Positions 18,449 to 30,581 of a stretch of DNA of 49,165 nucleotides are shown piece after piece. The DNA comes from an uncultured Alphaproteobacteria bacterium (lineage in GTDB: Bacteria; Pseudomonadota; Alphaproteobacteria; GCA-002720895), in assembly GCA_964396035.1 (NCBI GenBank), contig CAYNCC010000001.1, positions 1-49,165 of the forward strand, written 5' to 3'. The notes under the pieces are model-generated. The model saw nothing but the letters and a program-made list of their open reading frames with translations. It was not told the DNA's origin and ran no database searches. Each line of letters begins with the position of its first letter. Positions within the stretch are counted from its first letter, which is position 1. Position numbers and translations under genes: made by a program.

Positions 18449-19591
18449 TTATATTTTTTTTACTTTCCCATCTTTTAAAATGAATTTGCAATTATTTAGT
18501 TTTGCAATTTTAATATCATTTTTTTTATCAAAATTTTGAATAGTAACCCAACCTTTTTTTCTTAATTTATAATTATCTTTATTTAAAAGATCTTTAAAAG
18601 ATATTAAAACTCTTTTATTTTTATTCTTAGATTTTTTGTTAAACTGAAAAAATTGATTTAAATAAAAAGTTGATCCAACTGCATATTCCCCTTTCGAGGT
18701 TAAATATCTACCTCCTCTACAAATTTCCTTTTTTGAATTTATACAAAATATACTAAACGTTACACCTGTGTGATATTCAAACCCTCTTTGTTCAAGTAAA
18801 TCTATGGAAAAATTAAATTTATTAAATTGCTTAAATAAAATATTTGAAATATTAATAAAATTTTGTATTTCTTCTTTTGCTCTATCTCCAAACTTTATCT
18901 TTTTTATTTTTTCAATATTCTTACTTATTGGTCCTGAGGAATTAATTAACTGGCTTAATATTTCAAATAAATTTTTATTAAAATTTTTAATATCCTTAAT
19001 ATCTTTTTTTGCTATTAGTTTTTTTAATTCGTCTTTTTTATTATCCTTAATTTTTAAATCTTCAAAGATTTTTTCAATTATAATGGGCATATTTAAATCT
19101 AAACTAATATCTTTAAATCCAATTTGATAAAGCGATTCTAGACTTAAGATAATTACTTCAATGTCAGCATAAAAATCCTTAGATCCTATAAGTTCTACAC
19201 CTGCCTGTTTAAACTGCCTATCATCTGATAATTTAGGTTTATCAGCCCTAAAAACGTCACCAAAATAACATAATCTAAGAGGTCTAGAAAAATCTGATAA
19301 ACGATCTAATGCAATTCGTGCCAATTGTATTGTTATATCAGGTCTCAAAGATAAAGTTTCTTTTGTTAAAGGATCATTGAATTTAAAAGTTTTATCAGAT
19401 AATTTGTCGTTCTTAATGTCGAATAATGTTTTTTCATATTCTATTAACGGTGGTTCTATTAAATTGTATCCCCAATTATTAAAACTTTTAATTAATTGCT
19501 TACCGCAATCTAATTGAAGATTTGCTTCTTTTGTTAAAATATCTCTAAAACCAGTTGGTAGTAATTTTTTTTTGGAGAATGTTGGATTCAT
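18449..19591 (-). CDS. hisZ: ATP phosphoribosyltransferase regulatory subunit (HisRS paralogue)
   Basis: N-terminal LPTGFRDIL, class II aaRS-like motif 2 (FRADKP...RQFKQAGVELIG) and GGRY. 380 aa and the hisZ-purA adjacency support the call, but a short HisS cannot be fully excluded. Confidence 0.6.
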   Translation of the reverse strand: MNPTFSKKKLLPTGFRDILTKEANLQLDCGKQLIKSFNNWGYNLIEPPLIEYEKTLFDIKNDKLSDKTFKFNDPLTKETLSLRPDITIQLARIALDRLSDFSRPLRLCYFGDVFRADKPKLSDDRQFKQAGVELIGSKDFYADIEVIILSLESLYQIGFKDISLDLNMPIIIEKIFEDLKIKDNKKDELKKLIAKKDIKDIKNFNKNLFEILSQLINSSGPISKNIEKIKKIKFGDRAKEEIQNFINISNILFKQFNKFNFSIDLLEQRGFEYHTGVTFSIFCINSKKEICRGGRYLTSKGEYAVGSTFYLNQFFQFNKKSKNKNKRVLISFKDLLNKDNYKLRKKGWVTIQNFDKKNDIKIAKLNNCKFILKDGKVKKI

Positions 19592-19688
19592 ATATTTTTA
19601 ATTAAAAGGAAGATATTGTGATTAACCACAATATTTCAATTATACAAAAAAAATTAAATAAAAATTTATCATTATTTTACATTGTTAC

Positions 19689-19717
19689 TTGACGAATAAT
19701 ATAATTTGTTATTCAAT
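19689..19717 (+). promoter_or_regulatory. Candidate sigma-70 promoter for the thiC riboswitch transcript
   Basis: TTGACG, 17-nt spacer, TTCAAT. This would put the transcript start at about the first base of riboswitch stem P1. Confidence 0.35.
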
Positions 19718-19724
19718 ATTACTT

Positions 19725-19807
19725 AGTCTCTTAGGGGTGCTATAAAACTAGCTGAGAATATACCCTTAAGACCTGAACTAAGTAATTTTAGCGAAGGAAA
19801 AGGGACT
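19725..19807 (+). promoter_or_regulatory. TPP (THI-box) riboswitch
   Basis: P1 pairs AGUCUCUU with AAGGGACU. Conserved cores are present: AGGGGUGC, GCUGAGA...ACCC and ACCUGA...GCGAAGGAA. It lies directly upstream of thiC. Confidence 0.85.
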
Positions 19808-19834
19808 TTCAAGAATTTCTTTCCTTCATAATAA

Positions 19835-21673
<1,839 letters not shown>

Positions 21674-21687
21674 TTGGTCTAATTTCA

Positions 21688-21996
21688 ATGGGATCTCGCT
21701 TGGAAAAAAAGATTATTAACAACAAAGACTTTAAATCTTTAGTTAAAACAAGGTCTTTTGTTAGTTGGTTTCTATCAACTGTTACTCTTTTAACTTACTT
21801 TTCATTTATCCTTATAGTTGCCTTTTACCCTGAAATACTAGGACTTAAAATATCAGATGAATCAATTATAACAATTGGAATCCCAATAGGAGTTTCAATT
21901 ATACTCTTAGCTTTTGTATCAACAGGAACCTACGTTTACATAGCAAATCGAGAATTTGATCAAAAAGAAAAAATAATACTGAAAAAAAACAAATGA
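21688..21996 (+). CDS. DUF485 (YjcH-like) inner membrane protein
   Basis: 102 aa, two TM helices, ATGA overlap with the downstream actP-type symporter (classical yjcH-actP pairing). Confidence 0.7.
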   Translation: MGSRLEKKIINNKDFKSLVKTRSFVSWFLSTVTLLTYFSFILIVAFYPEILGLKISDESIITIGIPIGVSIILLAFVSTGTYVYIANREFDQKEKIILKKNK

Positions 21997-23543
21997 CAAA
22001 TTACCCAGCCATAGCAATGTTTTTTATATTTGTTTTTGGGACTCTTTTAATCACCTTTTGGGCCGCCAAAAAAACTAAATCCCGTTCTCATTTTTATGCT
22101 GCAGGAGGGAAAATTACTAGCCTACAAAACGGATTGGCTATTGCAGGTGACTATATGTCTGCTGCATCCTTTTTAGGTATTTCCGGTCTTGTCTATCTTT
22201 CAGGATACGATGGCCTTATTTATTCAATTGGATTTCTAGTAGGTTGGCCAATTATATTATTTCTACTAGCTGAAAGACTACGTAATTTAGGAGATTATAC
22301 ATTTGCTGATGCTGCATCTCATCGTCTTAATCAAACGCAAATAAGATGCCTTGCTGCAAGTGGCTCTTTAATAACTGTTGCTTTATATCTAATTGCACAG
22401 ATGGTTGGAGCAGGTAAACTGATCCAATTATTATTCGGATTACCATATGAATTTGCTGTAGTTATTGTTGGTGTGCTTATGGTTCTTTATGTAAGTTTTG
22501 GCGGTATGTTAGCAACAACTTGGGTTCAAATTATTAAAGCTATTTTACTTTTATTTGGTGCAACCTTTATAACAATTGCAGTTATGTGGAATACTGGTTT
22601 TAATTTTGAAACGCTATTTCAAAAAGCAATAAATGTTCATCCTAAAAGTTATTCCATTATGAAACCTGGTGGGCTTATATCAGATCCTATTTCTGCAATA
22701 TCTCTAGGTATAGCTTTAATGTTTGGTACAGCAGGACTTCCTCATATTTTGATGCGATTTTTTACAGTCAAGGATGCAAAAGAAGCGCGTAAATCTGTTT
22801 TTTTTGCCACAGGATTTATTGGTTATTTCTATATATTAACCTTCATAATAGGTTTTGGAGCAATCATGTTAATTTCAACAAATCCTGAATTTTTAAACTC
22901 TGATGGAACGTTGATAGGAGGAAATAATATGGCTGCAATACATCTTGCAAATGCTATCGGAGGAGATATGTTTTTAGGTTTTATATCTGCTGTAGCATTT
23001 GCCACAATACTTGCTGTAGTATCAGGACTTACTCTAGCTGGAGCTTCAGCTGTAAGTCACGACCTATATGCTCATGCTTTCAAAAAGAATAAAGTTCAAG
23101 AAAAAGACGAATTATTTGTATCAAAAATTTCAGCTTTTATTCTAGGTTGTATTGCTATTTTCCTTGGGATTATTTTTGAAGAACAAAACGTAGCATTTAT
23201 GGTTGGCCTTGCTTTTGCTGTAGCAGCTAGCGCAAACTTTCCAATCCTATTTCTCTCAATGTATTGGAAGAAATTAACTTCTAAAGGTGCTTTAATAGGA
23301 GGTAGTGCAGGTCTTATTACTGCAACAATATTAGTAATTATAGGCCCAACAGTTTGGGTAGATGTATTTGGTTATGATAAACCGATATTTCCTTATAAGT
23401 ACCCAGCTTTATTTTCAGTAACTACAGCATTTATTATGACGTGGTTATTTTCTATAACAGATAAAAGTAAGTCATCAAAAAAAGAAAAGGCAGCATTTGA
23501 TAGTCAATTTATACAATCACAAATTGGTTTAAAGAAACAATAA
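21993..23543 (+). CDS. actP: Cation/acetate symporter (SSS family)
   Basis: Multi-span SSS-family sequence ([30 protein letters not shown]) and pairing with the DUF485 gene. Confidence 0.8.
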   Translation: MTNYPAIAMFFIFVFGTLLITFWAAKKTKSRSHFYAAGGKITSLQNGLAIAGDYMSAASFLGISGLVYLSGYDGLIYSIGFLVGWPIILFLLAERLRNLGDYTFADAASHRLNQTQIRCLAASGSLITVALYLIAQMVGAGKLIQLLFGLPYEFAVVIVGVLMVLYVSFGGMLATTWVQIIKAILLLFGATFITIAVMWNTGFNFETLFQKAINVHPKSYSIMKPGGLISDPISAISLGIALMFGTAGLPHILMRFFTVKDAKEARKSVFFATGFIGYFYILTFIIGFGAIMLISTNPEFLNSDGTLIGGNNMAAIHLANAIGGDMFLGFISAVAFATILAVVSGLTLAGASAVSHDLYAHAFKKNKVQEKDELFVSKISAFILGCIAIFLGIIFEEQNVAFMVGLAFAVAASANFPILFLSMYWKKLTSKGALIGGSAGLITATILVIIGPTVWVDVFGYDKPIFPYKYPALFSVTTAFIMTWLFSITDKSKSSKKEKAAFDSQFIQSQIGLKKQ

Positions 23544-23550
23544 AAAAAAA

Positions 23551-23572
23551 GAGCCTTTAATGCTAAAGGCTC
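23551..23572. terminator. Bidirectional intrinsic terminator between the convergent actP and small membrane protein genes
   Basis: GAGCCTTTA-ATGC-TAAAGGCTC (9-bp stem), preceded by A9 and followed by TTTTATT, so a U-tract follows the hairpin on either strand. Confidence 0.8.
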
Positions 23573-23589
23573 TTTTATTCTTACTCTTA

Positions 23590-23639
23590 CACCATCACCG
23601 TGTCGGGATCTAATTCGGGAGGGTGAAAACTTTTTTTTT
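23590..23639. other. GC-rich imperfect hairpin followed by T9
   Basis: CACCATCACCG...CGGGAGGGTG can pair with one mismatch and one bulge, then AAAAC and T9. It lies in the 3' region of the minus-strand small gene. Confidence 0.3.
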
Positions 23640-23640
23640 A

Positions 23641-23877
23641 TTAGCTGATTGATCTTTTATTAAGTAACCAGCAAATAATGGCAAGTGCTACTAGGCCAAC
23701 TACTCCATTATTTCCAAGTTGGTTTAATAACGAAGTTATATTGGCAACAACATCTGTGCCAATGAAAGGAACGGCGCCTGGATAAAGTAAACCTGCTACG
23801 ATACCAAATGCAATCAGCATAAGGCCTACTTCGGTCAGCGCTCCTATCCATCTTTTTGCTACGTTTAAGGCATTCAT
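23641..23877 (-). CDS. Small (78 aa) two-helix membrane protein of unknown function
   Basis: Two hydrophobic helices (IGALTEVGLMLIAFGIVAGLLY and VVGLVALAIICWLL). GGGAGG Shine-Dalgarno 5 nt before the ATG. About 40 percent GC by hand count, against about 18 percent in the first 60 nt of neighbouring glmM. Confidence 0.6.
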   Translation of the reverse strand: MNALNVAKRWIGALTEVGLMLIAFGIVAGLLYPGAVPFIGTDVVANITSLLNQLGNNGVVGLVALAIICWLLNKRSIS

Positions 23878-23898
23878 GATTGCCTCCCTTTCTTTGGT

Positions 23899-23920
23899 TA
23901 GTAATTATACATAATTACTA
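23899..23920. promoter_or_regulatory. Perfect 10+10 bp palindrome overlapping a TATAAT box upstream of the small membrane protein gene
   Basis: TAGTAATTAT-AC-ATAATTACTA. On the minus strand the right arm contains TATAAT (plus-strand 23904-23909), about 27 nt upstream of the ATG. Confidence 0.4.
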
Positions 23921-24041
23921 CATATTGTAGTATTTATTTATCATACACTTAATATAGTATATAGAAAGAAAAAAAATATGATATATATACTACATGTTGT
24001 AAAATTACAACATACTTATTTTATATATTTTAAAAAAAATA

Positions 24042-25373
24042 TTAATTATTTCTTAACTTTTTTTTTAATGAAGTAAAAATATCTTTAGATAAACTATTGA
24101 TTCTACTAATTATTCTACTCTCTAAAAATATTCTTATTAATGGCTCTGTTCCAGATGCTCTAATCAAAACTTTTCCTTTATTACCTAATTTTTTATTGTA
24201 TAAATTCATTATTTTCTTTAACTCTATATCCTTAATTTTGTCCGAATCCTTTAATTTTATGTTTTTTTGAATTTGATAATAAGGTTTATATAAATTAAAA
24301 ATTTTACTAGCTTTATCTTTTAATTCAGAAATTATGGATAATAATTGTAACGCTACAAGAATTCCATCTCCAGAAGAACTATATTTTCTTAAAATTATAT
24401 GGCCTGATTGTTCTCCACCAATAACACAGTTTTTCTTTAACATTAGTTGATAAACAAATTTGTCTCCTACTGGTGATCGATAAAAATTTAAGCCTAAGTT
24501 TTTTACAAAATTTTCCAAACCCATATTTGACATTATTGTGCCAACAACCCCATTTATTTTCATTATTTTTTTTTCTTTATAGAATTTAACTAAACATGCG
24601 AGAATTTTATCTCCGTCAATTATTTTTCCTTTTTCATCGCAACATATAAGCCTATCCCCATCTCCATCAAAAGAAATTCCAAAATCTGCTGAATATTTTT
24701 TTACAGCTTTTATTATATTTTGTGGATACAAAGAACCGCATCTATAATTTATATTAGTTCCATTTGGTTTGTTATTAATCAATATGGCTTTGATTTTAAA
24801 TTTTGTAAAAATATCTTTTGCAAGTTTATATGTTGAACCATTTGCACAGTCCACTACCACCTTTTTATTATTTATTCTTTTAATTTTTAAAGTAGAAATA
24901 ACTTTCGTTTTATAATAGTTTTCCCTTTGTTTTATATTTATGACTTTACCTGACTTTAAATTTATTATTTTATTTTTATTAAATTTAAAAAATTTATTTT
25001 CTATTTTTTTCTCATTTTTATCAGATAATTTTTCTCCATTTTCATTAAAAAATTTAATTCCATTAAACTGGTATGTATTGTGAGATGCCGATATTATTAT
25101 CCCTAAATTACAATTTAATCTTTTAGTTAAATAAGATAAAGCGGGAGTAGAGATTAAACCTAATAAATATACATGAGCTCCTTGATTTTTTAAGCTTTCA
25201 ACAAATATTTTTTCAATTATTGGACTAGATTTTCTTGTATCTCTTCCTAAAGCAATTTTTTTATTTTTACCATTATCTAATATAGCTTTTGATAAAATAT
25301 TTAATGAATTTCTTTTAAAAATATCATTAGTTGCTAATTCTCTTATACCATCAGTTCCAAAAAGTTTTTTCAT
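24042..25373 (-). CDS. glmM: Phosphoglucosamine mutase
   Basis: MKKLFGTDGIRE N-terminus, active-site SASHN, FDGDGDR metal loop, GGEQSGH. ftsH-folP-glmM synteny. Confidence 0.92.
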   Translation of the reverse strand: MKKLFGTDGIRELATNDIFKRNSLNILSKAILDNGKNKKIALGRDTRKSSPIIEKIFVESLKNQGAHVYLLGLISTPALSYLTKRLNCNLGIIISASHNTYQFNGIKFFNENGEKLSDKNEKKIENKFFKFNKNKIINLKSGKVINIKQRENYYKTKVISTLKIKRINNKKVVVDCANGSTYKLAKDIFTKFKIKAILINNKPNGTNINYRCGSLYPQNIIKAVKKYSADFGISFDGDGDRLICCDEKGKIIDGDKILACLVKFYKEKKIMKINGVVGTIMSNMGLENFVKNLGLNFYRSPVGDKFVYQLMLKKNCVIGGEQSGHIILRKYSSSGDGILVALQLLSIISELKDKASKIFNLYKPYYQIQKNIKLKDSDKIKDIELKKIMNLYNKKLGNKGKVLIRASGTEPLIRIFLESRIISRINSLSKDIFTSLKKKLRNN

Positions 25374-25385
25374 ACAATTCTTTTA

Positions 25386-26207
25386 TTAATGACGTAATGC
25401 CTGCCAAACTAATTTGGCTTGCATTGCTTCTTTTACATCATGAACTCTAATAATTTCAACACCTTGTTCCATAACAAATTGGTTTGCCGCAATTGTACCT
25501 GGTAATCTATCTATAGGAGTCTCATTCTTACTTAAATCTGATATTAATCTTTTTCTTGAGAGTCCAATGAGAATATTACATCCTAATTTATGAAACATTG
25601 GTAAATTTTTTAAAATTTGTATATTATGTTTGTAATTTTTACCAAAACCTATTCCTGGATCAATAATAATCCTTTTCTTTGCTATTCCATTTGCTTTACA
25701 CTTTTGTATTTGTTTTTTTAAAAAATTATAAACATCTTTTGGAGCATTTTGATATTTTGGATTTTTTTGCATAGTTTCTGGAGTACCTTGCATATGCATT
25801 AAAACTAGAATACATTTAGAATTCTTAATTACATTAATACTTTCTGGATCATGATTAAGTCCAGAAACATCATTTATAATTTCAACCCCTTCATTTAAAA
25901 CAAAAGACATTGTAGATGAATTTCTAGTGTCTATAGAAATTCTTATATTTTTTCTTTTTAAACCTCTGATAATAGGTATTAATCTTTATATTTCTACTTC
26001 AGGTTTAACAAGCTTTGCTCCTGGTCTAGTAGATTCTGCACCAATATCAATAATATCTGCTCCCAATTGGTTCATCTTCATTGCAGCTATAATAGCTTTT
26101 GATGGTTTTAAAAAAAATTTTCCTCCATCAGAAAAACTATCAGGAGTTATATTTAGAATACCCATTATAGCAGGTGTCTTAAATCCTAAAGGTGGCTTTT
26201 TAATCAA
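25386..26207 (-). pseudogene. folP: Dihydropteroate synthase interrupted by a single in-frame TAA
   Basis: ORFs 25986..26207 (GILNITPDSFSDGG, GAESTRPGA) and 25386..25910 (INDVSG, DPGIGFGK) share one frame. The read-through sequence is PEVEI-TAA-RLIPIIRGLKRKNIRISIDTRNSSTMSF, which contains the conserved SIDT motif. Confidence 0.85.
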
Positions 26208-26221
26208 AATTAGAATGCCTC

Positions 26222-28144
26222 TTAATTATTATCAAATTGAGGTTCTGATAAAATTGGAGTAGTTTTTTTTCTCTTTTTTGAATCTGGCACAGAAGATCTT
26301 ATTTTAGAATTTTTTTGACTAAATATAGCAAATTCCTTTCTAATTTTTTTACCTTTTAGTACATTTTTAATTTCATCGCCAGTTAAAGTTTCATATTTTA
26401 ATAAACCTTTTGCTAATTTATGTAAATCTTTTATATGTTTCTTTATTATTTGTTTAGATTTATTGTAAGCTTCATCAATTATTTTTCTCACTTCTTTATC
26501 TATCTCTTGTGCTGTATGTTCAGAAACATTCTTTCTTTGAGTGACTGAATGTCCTAAAAAAACCTCCTGTTCGTTTTCGCCGTATGATAAAGGGCCTAAT
26601 TTATCACTCATACCCCATTCAGTTACCATTTTTCTGGCTATATCTGTTGCCATACTAATATCTGATGAGGCTCCTGTAGTTACTTTTGAGTGCCCAAAAA
26701 TTAATTCTTCTGCAATTCTTCCACCCATTGCTACAGCTAAATCTGCTTTTATTTTTATTCTAGGCATAGAAATTCTATCACTCTCTGGTAATCTCATGAC
26801 CATACCTAGTGCCATACCTCTAGGTATTATAGTAGCTTTGTGAACTGGATCAGAGTCTTTAAGATTTATAGCCACAATAGCATGACCAGCTTCATGGTAT
26901 GCTGTCAATTTTTTTTCTTCTTCTTTCATTACCATTGATTTTCTTTCAGCTCCCATTAAAACTTTGTCTTTTGCATCTTCCATATCTTGCATTGTAACAA
27001 ACCTTTTATTATTTCTAGCTGCGAGTAAAGCTGCTTCATTGACTAGGTTTGCCAGATCAGCTCCTGAGAAACCTGGAGTTCCTCTTGCAATAATTTTAGA
27101 ATTTACATTAGGCGCTTTAGAGATCTTCTTTAAATAAACATTTAATATTTTTTCTCTTCCAAGAATGTCTGGATTTGGAACTACAACTTGTCTATCAAAT
27201 CTTCCAGGTCTTAATAATGCTGGGTCGAGAACATCTGGCCTATTAGTTGCTGCAACTATTATCACACCTTCATTACTTTCAAAACCATCCATTTCTACTA
27301 ATAATTGATTAAGTGTTTGCTCTCTTTCATCATTTCCCCCTCCTAATCCTGCTCCTCTATGTCTTCCAACTGCATCAATTTCATCAATGAAAATAATACA
27401 AGGTGCGTTTTTTTTTCCCTGTTCAAACATATCTCTTACTCTTGAAGCACCAACTCCAACAAACATTTCAACAAAATCAGATCCTGAAATTGTAAAAAAA
27501 GGGACACTAGCTTCTCCTGCAACAGATCTAGCTAATAAAGTTTTACCACATCCTGGGGGTCCAATAAGTAATACTCCTTTAGGTATTTTGCCACCTAATC
27601 TTTGGAATTTACTTGGATCTTTTAAAAAATCTACAACTTCTTCTAATTCTTGCTTAGATTCATCGATGCCAGCGACATCTTTAAACGTAATTTTCCCAGT
27701 TTTTTCATTTAACATTTTTGCTTTTGATTTACCAAAACCAAGAGCTTTTCCACTGCCGGATTGCATTTGTCTCATAAAAAAAAGCCAGACACCAATAAGT
27801 AAAAGCATTGGAAACCAAGATAAAATAATACTTAGGAATGAAGAACCTTTTTCTGTCGGACTAACATCAATTTTTACATCTTTTTTTGAAAGTTTATCAA
27901 TTAAATTTGGATCGTATGGTGTATACGTTTCAAATTTTCTTCCATCAACTAAATTACCAGTTATTAAGTCACCTTTAATTTTTACATCTAAAACATTATC
28001 TTTATTTAATTCTTTTAAAAAATCAGAGAAAGCAATGTTTTGAGTTTTTACCTTTGTACTTGGCCCTACAACAATATTATAAAAAGAGGCAATTAAAAAG
28101 CCTATAATAATCCATATTAAGAAATTCTTTTTCATTTTTTTCAT
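26222..28144 (-). CDS. ftsH: ATP-dependent zinc metalloprotease FtsH
   Basis: Walker A GPPGCGKT, Walker [12 protein letters not shown] region, HEAGH zinc site. 640 aa. Confidence 0.97.
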   Translation of the reverse strand: MKKMKKNFLIWIIIGFLIASFYNIVVGPSTKVKTQNIAFSDFLKELNKDNVLDVKIKGDLITGNLVDGRKFETYTPYDPNLIDKLSKKDVKIDVSPTEKGSSFLSIILSWFPMLLLIGVWLFFMRQMQSGSGKALGFGKSKAKMLNEKTGKITFKDVAGIDESKQELEEVVDFLKDPSKFQRLGGKIPKGVLLIGPPGCGKTLLARSVAGEASVPFFTISGSDFVEMFVGVGASRVRDMFEQGKKNAPCIIFIDEIDAVGRHRGAGLGGGNDEREQTLNQLLVEMDGFESNEGVIIVAATNRPDVLDPALLRPGRFDRQVVVPNPDILGREKILNVYLKKISKAPNVNSKIIARGTPGFSGADLANLVNEAALLAARNNKRFVTMQDMEDAKDKVLMGAERKSMVMKEEEKKLTAYHEAGHAIVAINLKDSDPVHKATIIPRGMALGMVMRLPESDRISMPRIKIKADLAVAMGGRIAEELIFGHSKVTTGASSDISMATDIARKMVTEWGMSDKLGPLSYGENEQEVFLGHSVTQRKNVSEHTAQEIDKEVRKIIDEAYNKSKQIIKKHIKDLHKLAKGLLKYETLTGDEIKNVLKGKKIRKEFAIFSQKNSKIRSSVPDSKKRKKTTPILSEPQFDNN

Positions 28145-28195
28145 ATTTATATTATATATTTAATCTTTTTTTTTTTAAGAACAATATATGCTTTA

Positions 28196-29542
28196 TTAAT
28201 TAAATCTAGTCAAACCTAAGCTCGGTTTAAAACTCATATTGATATTTGAAAAAAGTTTTTTGTTTCTCAAATTTGAATAATAATTTAAATGAGGAACTGA
28301 CAAAACATTTTTATTTTTATCTTTAAAAGCAGGTAATGAGCTAATTAATTTTATTAAAATTCTGTTATTTTTTTTTATTATCTTTTTCTTTGCCTTAATA
28401 TCCTTCCAACCATCTAATTTTAATTGATCAATATAAAGAGATTTATTAACTTTTTTTCTAAAATCTAAAAATTTTTTTTTCTTCATATCAATTTCAAATC
28501 TAGCATCCCAATAAAATTTATCATTTATTATCTTCAATGTTTGCTTTCTTGTATTTCTAATTATTTCTCTACAAATATAAATCTTGTCTGAGCCTTTCTT
28601 TTTATCTAGAAAAATATGACATCCGCCTAAATTAGAATCGGGAAAAATTTTATTAGATACAATTTTATTAAAAAAGTTAATTAAATTCTTATTTTTAATA
28701 TTATGAGCCTTCCCAGAAATAGTCATTAAGATTCTATTTAATATAATTACAAATTCTTTTTTATTCAAAAATAATAGACTTTTCTTAATAACTGTTGCAT
28801 AGCCTAAAGGATTTATTTCAATATTCTTAATAAGCCAATTTAAAATTTTATTTTCTAATAATTTTCTTTTTTTCTGCGCATTCTGTAAAACTTTTTGAAA
28901 CTTTTTATTAGTTAAACCTTCTTTCTCTAATATTGGTAAAGCTTTTCTATATCTATTTCTTGCATATTTTGAAGATTTATTACTTTCATCTTCAATCCAT
29001 TGTATTTTATGCTTTATTAAATAATTTTTAATTTCTTCTTTGTTTAAAGATAATAAAGGCCTCAAAATTCTAACCTTTTTTTTAAAAAGAATTTTTGACA
29101 TAGATGACAGACCATATACATCGCTATTAGAGTTAAGACGAATTAAAAAAGTTTCTTTCTGATCATCAAAATGATGACCAATTAATAAGTGAAAAATATT
29201 ATTTTTGAAACACCATTCTTCAAAAGTTTTATATCTAAAATCTCTTGCTCTTTCTTGCAAACTATTAATTCTTTCTCCACAATCCCATTTGAATGAATAA
29301 TTCGAAATTTTTTTCTTACTGAGGATTTTTCTTAATTGTTCACATTCTTTTTTACTATTTTTTCTTAATCCATAATCTATTACAAGTGCAGTAATCTTTC
29401 CGCCATTCCTTTTTACCCACTTTTCACATAATAAAGTTAAACAAAGACTATCTGATCCTCCTGAAACTCCAATCGCTAAATGAGGTTTATTCTCAAAAGG
29501 CCCTAAGGAATTCATAGTTTTAAAGAAAACATTCTCTATCAT
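28196..29542 (-). CDS. tilS: tRNA(Ile)-lysidine synthase
   Basis: PP-loop GVSGGSDS and GHHFDDQ. Position between cpoB and ftsH, as in other Alphaproteobacteria. Confidence 0.85.
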   Translation of the reverse strand: MIENVFFKTMNSLGPFENKPHLAIGVSGGSDSLCLTLLCEKWVKRNGGKITALVIDYGLRKNSKKECEQLRKILSKKKISNYSFKWDCGERINSLQERARDFRYKTFEEWCFKNNIFHLLIGHHFDDQKETFLIRLNSNSDVYGLSSMSKILFKKKVRILRPLLSLNKEEIKNYLIKHKIQWIEDESNKSSKYARNRYRKALPILEKEGLTNKKFQKVLQNAQKKRKLLENKILNWLIKNIEINPLGYATVIKKSLLFLNKKEFVIILNRILMTISGKAHNIKNKNLINFFNKIVSNKIFPDSNLGGCHIFLDKKKGSDKIYICREIIRNTRKQTLKIINDKFYWDARFEIDMKKKKFLDFRKKVNKSLYIDQLKLDGWKDIKAKKKIIKKNNRILIKLISSLPAFKDKNKNVLSVPHLNYYSNLRNKKLFSNINMSFKPSLGLTRFN

Positions 29543-29564
29543 TTATTTTTTATTTTTTTGATTT

Positions 29565-30470
29565 CTAACAACCCATTTGTTGAATTTCGTAATTTGCTTT
29601 TTTTAATATTGATTTATCACTATCTGGATATAACTTATTAATTTTTTTTAAAGCATCGCAAGCTTGTTTTGTTTTATTTAAATTCTCAAGAGAAATTCCT
29701 ATTTTTAACAAACTATCTGGAGCTTTTTTGTTTTTTTTATATTTTTTTATAACTTGACCATACATTAGTATAGATTCATCATACTTTTGTCTTACAAAAA
29801 GTGACTCGCCTGCCCAAAAATATGCCTCTGGGACTAAGTTATCCTTTGGATACTTTTCTATAAATCCTTTAAATGCATTTTCAGCATCTTCATAATTTAA
29901 GTTTAGTAAAGCTGTTTTTCCATATTCATACAAACTTTCAGGTGTTTGGAAATTTTTTGCAAATTCCATATTATCAATTTCTTTATTTGAGTCTTTTAAT
30001 GTTCCTAATATTTCAGTATCTCCTCCTGAAGCATCTATCTGTGATTTATTACTAGGATATGCATAAGTATCAGTTTCAGGTGTGGATCTTTTTTCAATCG
30101 ATTGATTGTTACCAGTATTTGATAATCTAAAATTTATATCAGAGTCTAGTTTATCTAATTTTTCCTGTAATTGATTTAGTCTAAAGAAAATTTCTTCAAA
30201 TTGTCCTGTAACTTTTCTAAAATCATTCTCTAATTTATTTATTCGAATTTCATGTCTTGATGAAATTGGCCCTTTTTTAGAAGATTCAGTATTTTCATCA
30301 CTACTTCCAGCATATAATGATTTTTGTATATCCGCCAATTCTGCTTCTATTCGATTTAATCTTTCATTAAGTAAATTAAAATCAAATTCATCTAAACTAT
30401 AGGTTGGTAAAATACTAAAAAAAAATACCAGAAATAAAATTATGAATTTTTTGTTATTTATTAATAGCAT
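29565..30470 (-). CDS. cpoB: Tol-Pal system protein CpoB/YbgF
   Basis: Signal peptide, N-terminal coiled coil, C-terminal TPR repeats. Immediately downstream of pal. Confidence 0.8.
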   Translation of the reverse strand: MLLINNKKFIILFLVFFFSILPTYSLDEFDFNLLNERLNRIEAELADIQKSLYAGSSDENTESSKKGPISSRHEIRINKLENDFRKVTGQFEEIFFRLNQLQEKLDKLDSDINFRLSNTGNNQSIEKRSTPETDTYAYPSNKSQIDASGGDTEILGTLKDSNKEIDNMEFAKNFQTPESLYEYGKTALLNLNYEDAENAFKGFIEKYPKDNLVPEAYFWAGESLFVRQKYDESILMYGQVIKKYKKNKKAPDSLLKIGISLENLNKTKQACDALKKINKLYPDSDKSILKKANYEIQQMGC

Positions 30471-30581
30471 TTGTTTTGTAATGATTAAAAAGCATAATTA
30501 ATGATATTAAGTAACATTAAAAATGTTTCAACGTTTAGATTACTATAAAATTTTATTTAGAAAACTTAAATAAGTGTCTTG

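Noticed and set aside
23641-23877. Small membrane protein as SecG, because E. coli has ftsH-folP-glmM-secG
   Set aside because: The sequence lacks the SecG hallmarks: a very N-terminal TM1, the LLQ..KG motif and a Gly-rich loop. In Alphaproteobacteria secG is usually linked to tpiA and pyrG, so the positional analogy alone is not enough.
25927-26262. 111-aa plus-strand ORF spanning the folP gap
   Set aside because: It lies entirely antisense to folP, whose frame is continuous across the region. The sequence is hydrophobic and low-complexity, typical of a shadow ORF in AT-rich DNA.
27387-28043. 218-aa plus-strand ORF (also 26541..26843)
   Set aside because: Both are antisense to the highly conserved ftsH coding sequence and match no recognisable family, so they are shadow ORFs.
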